Source: Lachnospiraceae bacterium
GTDB lineage: Bacteria; Bacillota; Clostridia; Lachnospirales; Lachnospiraceae
Length of the DNA: 64,000 nucleotides
Reading direction: 5' to 3'
NCBI GenBank assembly: GCA_019424135.1
Contig: JAHYZZ010000010.1
Location: forward strand, 7,751-71,750
Part shown: positions 57,990 through 64,000 of the stretch, in pieces
Layout: the number at the start of each line of letters is the position of its first letter
How positions within the stretch are numbered: position 1 is the stretch's first letter
Notes under the pieces: generated by a model
The model's database searches: none
What the model was told of the DNA's origin: nothing
What the model saw: the letters and a program-made list of their open reading frames with translations, nothing else
Made by a program: the position numbers and the translations under genes

Positions 57990-59168
57990 ATGAGTAAGGT
58001 AGTATATAAAGACAGAAAGCATACAAATTCGACAAAATGGGATGACTGTAAGGAAAAATTTGGAAAAGAGGACTTACTTCCCCTGTGGGTAGCAGACATG
58101 GACTTTGAAGTTCCAGAATGTGTCAAACATGCCTTGAAAGAGTATGTGGAATTTGGCGTGTTTGGATATTACAAGCCGTCGGAAGGATATGAAGAAGCAT
58201 TTATCAAATGGGAAAATACCTGGCACGACTATGAAGTAAAAAAGGAATGGATTCGTTTTTCGCCAGGGGTTGTTCCTGCAATAAACTGGATGATTCAGAT
58301 ATTGACAAAGGAACAAGATAGCATCATTATTATGCCGCCGGTATACTATCCATTTAAAGATGCATTAGTCAACAATCACCGAAAAGTGGTGGAGAGCCCT
58401 CTAAAGCGTACGGAGGAAGGGTATCAGATGGATTATGAAGATTTTGAACAGAAGATTGTGGATGAAGATGTTCGGTTATTCATACTTTGCTCCCCACATA
58501 ATCCGGTAGGAAGAGTCTGGAAAACAGAAGAGTTGAGAAGAGTGCTGGATATCTGCCTTAAATATCATGTCTATGTGATCGCAGATGAAATCCATCAGGA
58601 CCTGATTATGAAAGGGCATCGTCATATGGTGGCTGCATCTGTCGGCACATATGATGAAATATTGATTACGCTGACTGCGGCAACCAAGACCTTTAATCTG
58701 GCATCCTGCAAGAATTCCATTTTGATCATTCCTGACCAGAAATTGAGGGAAAGGTATGATGAATATTTGAACCGGCTGCGGATCAAAGGAGGGAATGCAT
58801 TTGGCTATATTGCCGTGGAGAGTGCTTACGCAGGCGGACGAGAATGGTTGGAGGAAGTACTGGAAATTGTCGAAGGAAACTATCATTATCTTCGAGACAC
58901 GCTGGAAGGGGTTTTGCCAAAAGTCTGGATCTCAGATCTGGAAGGGACCTATCTGATGTGGATCAACCTTGGAGCTTATTTGCGCCCGGAGGAGATAAAG
59001 TCTGTAATCTGTGATCAGTGCGGTCTTGGAGTAGATTACGGTGCATGGTTTGGAGGAGGGGAAAACGAGGAATTTATCCGTGTCAATCTTGCAACGTGCA
59101 GGGAGAATATTGAACAGGCAGCAAAAAGGATCATCGAAGTGTTAAAAAGTAGAAAGCAAAGTGAATAG
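57990..59168 (+). CDS. MalY/PatB family PLP-dependent C-S lyase
   Basis: PLWVADMDF, LCSPHNPVGR, ADEIH, KTFNLA, EGTYLMW. Confidence 0.94.
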   Translation: MSKVVYKDRKHTNSTKWDDCKEKFGKEDLLPLWVADMDFEVPECVKHALKEYVEFGVFGYYKPSEGYEEAFIKWENTWHDYEVKKEWIRFSPGVVPAINWMIQILTKEQDSIIIMPPVYYPFKDALVNNHRKVVESPLKRTEEGYQMDYEDFEQKIVDEDVRLFILCSPHNPVGRVWKTEELRRVLDICLKYHVYVIADEIHQDLIMKGHRHMVAASVGTYDEILITLTAATKTFNLASCKNSILIIPDQKLRERYDEYLNRLRIKGGNAFGYIAVESAYAGGREWLEEVLEIVEGNYHYLRDTLEGVLPKVWISDLEGTYLMWINLGAYLRPEEIKSVICDQCGLGVDYGAWFGGGENEEFIRVNLATCRENIEQAAKRIIEVLKSRKQSE

Positions 59169-59191
59169 AAATGCAGGCAGATGAAGAGGCT

Positions 59192-59244
59192 AAAAATACC
59201 CCCGGGAATTGGTAAGATGTTCCGATTCCCGGGGGTATTTTTTT
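59192..59244. terminator. Bidirectional terminator
   Basis: AAAAATACCCCCGGGAAT...ATTCCCGGGGGTATTTTT. Confidence 0.8.
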
Positions 59245-59269
59245 CTTTTTCGAATTGCGTGCGAAAGCA

Positions 59270-60052
59270 TTAAAAATCCAGATAATTATAACCCAGTTCA
59301 ATCGATATAGAGCGGGCAAGAGCAATGATTTCTGTTGTTAGTTCTTTACGCTCCTGTTCGATTTCCGCAGTCGTGGCGGAGAAACTCACAGAAGCGATCA
59401 CTTCTCCAGATATATTAAGAATAGGAGCAGCAATACATGCCCGGTTCAGCATTAGTTCGTCTGTTTCAAAAGAGTATCCTTGCTGGCGGAAAAGTTTTAG
59501 CTGTTCTATCAATTTCTTTTTATCTGTAATCGTCTTATAAGTGAACGCTTTTAGATCAATATTATTTAAGTGCTGTTCCAATTCCTCTTCATCCAGATAG
59601 GATAACAGAAGTTTCCCACAGGCGGAAGCATATGCAGGAAGTACCTGACCCTGGACAAGGGTAGGGATAATGGAAATATCCTTACATAAGATGATCAGCG
59701 CCACGGCATTTGGTTTTAAAACAATGACATTGATTTTAATCGTGCGGGTTTTGGAAAAATTCATGATCTGTTTTTCAGCAGCCAGCAAGAAAGGGTATTT
59801 ATGACGATACATGTTTCCAAGATTATACATCTGATACCCCAGAGAATATTTGCCGGTTTTTGGATCTTTTTCCACATAATTTTCTCGCTCCAGAGAATTA
59901 ATGATAGACTGGGCGGTAGCGCGGTTAATAGCCAGTAGTTTTGTGATTTCTGCAATGTTGAAAGACTCGCCTTTATTGGCTAAAATCTCCAGAAGATGGA
60001 GGGCACGGTCCAGACTTTTGTTCGTTGGTGTGATGGATGTGTTTTGACTCAT
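59270..60052 (-). CDS. IclR family transcriptional regulator
   Basis: KSLDRALHLLE HTH; PAYASACGK; GYSF..DE; CIAAPI. Confidence 0.93.
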   Translation of the reverse strand: MSQNTSITPTNKSLDRALHLLEILANKGESFNIAEITKLLAINRATAQSIINSLERENYVEKDPKTGKYSLGYQMYNLGNMYRHKYPFLLAAEKQIMNFSKTRTIKINVIVLKPNAVALIILCKDISIIPTLVQGQVLPAYASACGKLLLSYLDEEELEQHLNNIDLKAFTYKTITDKKKLIEQLKLFRQQGYSFETDELMLNRACIAAPILNISGEVIASVSFSATTAEIEQERKELTTEIIALARSISIELGYNYLDF

Positions 60053-60305
60053 CCCAAATCCTCCTGTATGACTGTTATTTTCATTATTATACCATAAAAA
60101 ATCAAAAGAAACATTAGAAATCTTGAATTTTATTTTATAGCGCTAGGAAACTGCTAAAAAAACAATCATACAATATCATTATTATAAATACATAATAACG
60201 TTAAAATATAAACTAATATATAAAATGTTGACATATGGATTACAATGCAATAGAATAGTGATAGCAATTATATCGGATAAGAAAAAGAAAGGAGTGAAGA
60301 AGTAA

Positions 60306-61580
60306 ATGGAACAAAGTACAATTGCAATTATTATTGTCATCATTGCAATTATTCTGATGATCACAGAAGTAATCCCCCTGGCAGCAACCATTATGTTGGC
60401 TGCGGTTGCAATGAGTATCGCCGGAATTCAGGAATTGACGGTATCTCATGAAGCTTTTGGAAGTACGACAGTTGTATTTCTGGTAGGGATGATGATCATT
60501 GGGAATGGTTTGTTTGAAACGGGCGTGGCTCAAAGCTTGGGAAAATATCTGTTTCGAACGAAGATTGCGCAAAATGAGCGGATGCTGATCGTCGCAATCG
60601 TATTGATTGCCGGTATCTTGTCTGGTTTTACTAGCAATTCGGCGGTTGTAGCGATGATGATGCCCTTGATCGCATCGGTGGCATACAAATCTGGAGGAAC
60701 GATCAAGCAAAAAAATGTTCTGATGGCTCTTGGTGTGGCGGCTGCAGTAGGGGGAGGCATCACACTTTCCGGATCCACCTCCCAGCTGGTGGCACAGGGA
60801 ATTCTGGAAACGACAGAAGGCGTCCGAACCATGACGTATTTTGAGATGGGAAAGGTGGCACTGCCTCTTTTGATTGTTACGGCAGTTTATTTTGCAACGA
60901 TTGGCTATAGCATTGAGAAAAAGGTCCTTAACTTTGAAGAAGAAATCAATGAAGAGATCATGCCGGATGAAAATCAGAAGTTTGTGCCATGGAAAAAGTG
61001 GCTGTGCGGAATCGTAACGATTCTGGTGCTTTTAGGATTTATCTTCGGTGTCTGGAACATTGGGTTCGTAGCTCTTGTGGGGGCAACAATTTTGCTGGCA
61101 ACGAAATGTCTGGATTACAAAAAGGCAATCAAAGGTGTGGACTGGAATACCGTTATTATTTTGGGCGGGGCCCAGGCAATGGCGGCAGGACTTGACAGCA
61201 GCGGAGCAGGCGCTAGGATCGCCAATAGAATCCTAAGTCTGTGTGGAGGAGAGAATGCTTCTGCATTCGTGATCATGGCGGCAATGGTAGCTATCACATT
61301 GGTTTTGACGAATGTGATGTCGAATACAGCCTGTGTAGCAATGATGACGCCCATTGCCATTTCGGTGGCAGCGGCAATGGGGATAGATGCCTTAAGCCTG
61401 ATTATACCGATGGTAATTGCTTCTCAGTGTGCGGTAGCGACTCCGATTGGAACCCCATGTATGACACAGGTTCTGGTGGCAGGCTATCGTTTTAAGGATT
61501 ATTTGAAAGTTGGAGTACCATTGGGAGTAATATTGCTGATCATAACGATTGTTTTATCACCAATGATGTATGGATTATAG
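60306..61580 (+). CDS. SLC13/DASS family carboxylate or anion permease
   Basis: SGFTSNSA..MMMP, TNVMSNTA, ATPIGTP, GYRFKDYLKVG. Confidence 0.9.
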   Translation: MEQSTIAIIIVIIAIILMITEVIPLAATIMLAAVAMSIAGIQELTVSHEAFGSTTVVFLVGMMIIGNGLFETGVAQSLGKYLFRTKIAQNERMLIVAIVLIAGILSGFTSNSAVVAMMMPLIASVAYKSGGTIKQKNVLMALGVAAAVGGGITLSGSTSQLVAQGILETTEGVRTMTYFEMGKVALPLLIVTAVYFATIGYSIEKKVLNFEEEINEEIMPDENQKFVPWKKWLCGIVTILVLLGFIFGVWNIGFVALVGATILLATKCLDYKKAIKGVDWNTVIILGGAQAMAAGLDSSGAGARIANRILSLCGGENASAFVIMAAMVAITLVLTNVMSNTACVAMMTPIAISVAAAMGIDALSLIIPMVIASQCAVATPIGTPCMTQVLVAGYRFKDYLKVGVPLGVILLIITIVLSPMMYGL

Positions 61581-61593
61581 AGGAGGAGATTAG

Positions 61594-61800
61594 ATGGCTG
61601 TATTACATATCGACCAGGAAAAATGTAAGGGCTGTGAGCTTTGTGTAAGGGCGTGTCCGAAAAAAATCCTGGCTTTATCAAAAACTTTTATTAACCGGCA
61701 AGGGTATCATCCTGTAGAAGTTACAAATATGGAGGCGTGTATTGGATGTACGTCTTGTGCGCTTACATGTCCGGATATTTGTATAGAGATCGAGAAGTAA
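61594..61800 (+). CDS. 2-oxoacid:ferredoxin oxidoreductase delta (ferredoxin-like) subunit
   Basis: CKGCELCVRACP, GYHP, CIGCTSCALTCP. Confidence 0.92.
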   Translation: MAVLHIDQEKCKGCELCVRACPKKILALSKTFINRQGYHPVEVTNMEACIGCTSCALTCPDICIEIEK

Positions 61801-61815
61801 AGGGGGAAGTTAAGA

Positions 61816-62868
61816 ATGGCAAAAATATTAATGAAAGGCAGTGAAGCGATTGCGGAAGCAGCAATACAGGCCGGATGCAAATTATATTTTGGATATCCGA
61901 TTACCCCGCAAAGCGAACTTCCGGAATATATGGCGGCAAAACTGCCGAAGATAGGCGGATGTTTTCTACAGGCGGAAAGCGAGGTTGCAGCAATTAATAT
62001 GTTGTATGGAGCTGCCGGGACAGCACATCGGGCACTGACCAGTTCTTCCAGCCCTGGAGTGGCCCTAATGCAGGAAGGTATTTCTTATGCGGCAGCTGCA
62101 GAACTTCCGCTGGTATTTGTAAACGTTATGCGGGCGGGCCCAGGGCTTGGCACGATCGTGCCGGCACAGACCGATTATTTCCAGGCGACCAGAGGAGGAG
62201 GAAATGGGGGATATCGTACGTTGACGCTGTCACCATCGTCCGTTCAGGAGGCTTGTGATTTGATCCAGCTGGCATTTGATCTGGCAGAAAAATACAGACA
62301 GCCGGTATTAATGCTGGGAGATGCAATGGTATCCCAGATGATGGAACCGGTAGAGATACATCAGGCTAAGCCCAAAGACTATGATATCAGCTGGGCTGCA
62401 AGAGGTTGGACCAAAGATTCAGGACGGCCAAAAGCCATTATCAACCCCAGAAGTAAACCGGGGCTGGAAGCCAGATTGGTAGAAAAATACCGACAGATGG
62501 AAGAGGAAGAAGTCCGGGTCGAAGAGTACAACACACAAGGAGCCGAAATTGTATTGGCAGCGTATGGTACGGTGGCAAGAATCTGTAAAAGTGCAATCGC
62601 TCAGCTGGCAAAAGAAGGAATTAAAGTAGGACTGATCCGACCGATTACATTATATCCCTTCCCCTATCAGGCATTTGAGACATGCGCAGACCAGGAAAGT
62701 GTGAAAATGTTTGCCTCCATTGAAATCTCTGAAGGACAGATGCTAGATGACGTAAAATTAGGAGTCAGTGGGAAAAAGCCGGTAGAATTTAAGGGCTGGC
62801 TGGACCTTGAACTCCCGACACCGGCGCAGATTGTAGAATTTGTAAAGAGTCTTAAAGGAGGGAAGTAG
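61816..62868 (+). CDS. 2-oxoacid:ferredoxin oxidoreductase alpha subunit (VorB-like)
   Basis: FGYPITPQSE, QAESEVAA, SSSPG, MRAGPGLG. Confidence 0.92.
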   Translation: MAKILMKGSEAIAEAAIQAGCKLYFGYPITPQSELPEYMAAKLPKIGGCFLQAESEVAAINMLYGAAGTAHRALTSSSSPGVALMQEGISYAAAAELPLVFVNVMRAGPGLGTIVPAQTDYFQATRGGGNGGYRTLTLSPSSVQEACDLIQLAFDLAEKYRQPVLMLGDAMVSQMMEPVEIHQAKPKDYDISWAARGWTKDSGRPKAIINPRSKPGLEARLVEKYRQMEEEEVRVEEYNTQGAEIVLAAYGTVARICKSAIAQLAKEGIKVGLIRPITLYPFPYQAFETCADQESVKMFASIEISEGQMLDDVKLGVSGKKPVEFKGWLDLELPTPAQIVEFVKSLKGGK

Positions 62869-62869
62869 T

Positions 62870-63616
62870 ATGGAAAAAGTATTTCAAAAAACGGCATTGT
62901 TGACAGATGTGCCCTTGCATTATTGTCCTGGATGCACACATGGGATCATACACAGGCTGATTGCGGAGTCCATTGAAGAACTGGGAATAGAAGGTAAGAC
63001 GATCGCGATTGCTCCAGTAGGCTGTGCGGTATACTGCTACGACTATTTCAACCTTGATATTTACGTGGCTGCACACGGAAGGGCTCCGGCGGTGGCAACA
63101 GGAGCAAAGAGGGCAGATCCTAGCAGAATCATTTTTACCTATCAAGGAGATGGTGATCTGGCGTCGATTGGAAATGCTGAGATTAATCATGCAGCGCTAA
63201 GAGGAGAGAAGATTACTACAATTTTTGTAAATAACGCCATTTATGGTATGACCGGAGGACAGATGGCACCGACCACGCTGGTGGGACAAAAGGCGACGAC
63301 TGCACCCTATGGGCGGGATGCAGAACATTGTGGATGGCCGATGAAAGTCTGTGAGATGTTGGCGACTCATGAAGGCAGTTATTATCTGGAACGGGTGGCG
63401 CTTGATACTTCCGCACATATCCGGAAAGCAAAAGCTGCGATCAAGAAAGCATTTCAATACCAGACAGAGGGCAAGGGATTTTGCATGGTAGAAGTGTTAT
63501 CCACTTGTCCGACCAACTGGGGGAAAAGTCCCTCGGAGGCAATGGACTGGGTTCAGGAACAGATGATTCCCAATTTCCCGTTGGGTGTTTATAAAGATAA
63601 GGGGGCGGAGCAGTAA
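62870..63616 (+). CDS. 2-oxoacid:ferredoxin oxidoreductase beta (TPP-binding) subunit
   Basis: HYCPGCTHG, HGRAPA, GDGDLASIG..NNAIYGMTGGQ, STCP. Confidence 0.93.
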   Translation: MEKVFQKTALLTDVPLHYCPGCTHGIIHRLIAESIEELGIEGKTIAIAPVGCAVYCYDYFNLDIYVAAHGRAPAVATGAKRADPSRIIFTYQGDGDLASIGNAEINHAALRGEKITTIFVNNAIYGMTGGQMAPTTLVGQKATTAPYGRDAEHCGWPMKVCEMLATHEGSYYLERVALDTSAHIRKAKAAIKKAFQYQTEGKGFCMVEVLSTCPTNWGKSPSEAMDWVQEQMIPNFPLGVYKDKGAEQ

Positions 63617-64000
63617 TGTATGAACAGATTATTTTTGCAGGATTTGGAGGCCAGGGAATTCAGTCTATGTCAAAAATTCTGGCAAAGGCGGCTATGGATG
63701 CCGGAAAAGAAGTAAGTTGGATGCCGGCATACGGTGGCGCCATGCGTGGCGGCACATCCAATGTGACGGTTATGATCGCAGACGAACCCATTGGATCTCC
63801 CATGCCGAATATCGGAGATATTACGGTGGCGGTTGTGATGAATAATCCCTCTATGACGAAGTTTGAAGAATATGTAGAGCCTGGAGGGCTGCTTCTGGTG
63901 AATAGTTCTCTTATCGATATAAAGCCTACGAGAACGGATATTGAGATTATCAATGTTCCAGTGAATGATATTGCATCAAACCTGGGAAATGATAAGGTGG
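63616..64000 (+). CDS. 2-oxoacid:ferredoxin oxidoreductase gamma subunit, 5' part
   Basis: MYEQIIFAGFGGQGIQ..SWMPAYGGAMRGGTS; truncated by window edge. Confidence 0.9.
   Translation, partial: MYEQIIFAGFGGQGIQSMSKILAKAAMDAGKEVSWMPAYGGAMRGGTSNVTVMIADEPIGSPMPNIGDITVAVVMNNPSMTKFEEYVEPGGLLLVNSSLIDIKPTRTDIEIINVPVNDIASNLGNDKV

Overview
64 kb of a low-GC Firmicute chromosome, most likely Lachnospiraceae judging by gene content and order. It is mostly housekeeping: galE, gdpP-rplI-dnaB, mutS2, yhaM, rlmD, malic enzyme, bcp, ktrAB, argF, coaX-dusB, greA-lysS. Accessory patches are inserted in two places. Downstream of rlmD (about 15.9-31.9 kb) lie a MATE pump, a LysR + TasA-like + SipW trio, a TCS with an extracytoplasmic Msr repair operon, an oxidoreductase, DUF1638 and a TCS + ABC module. 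Downstream of lysS lie a histidine-kinase relic, a MerR + chromate transporter pair, hypD with its activase, an arginase-Crp/Fnr fusion, and an IclR + SLC13 + 2-oxoacid:ferredoxin oxidoreductase cluster. No rRNA, tRNA, CRISPR array, integrase or transposase was recognised. Two small genes missing from the ORF track were read by hand: a 56-aa ferredoxin and a 48-aa CxxC microprotein. The main leads are (1) a 62-nt hairpin + SD/ATG element with compensatory base changes directly upstream of two RNA-modification genes, rlmD and dusB; (2) a lipoprotein TlpA/MsrAB operon where a membrane polyferredoxin plus a CxxC microprotein sit in place of CcdA; (3) a LysR-linked TasA/SipW-like pair; and (4) the arginase-Crp/Fnr fusion with a candidate class II site upstream of the thioredoxin gene. 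All product calls come from motif recognition by eye; no database searches were run.
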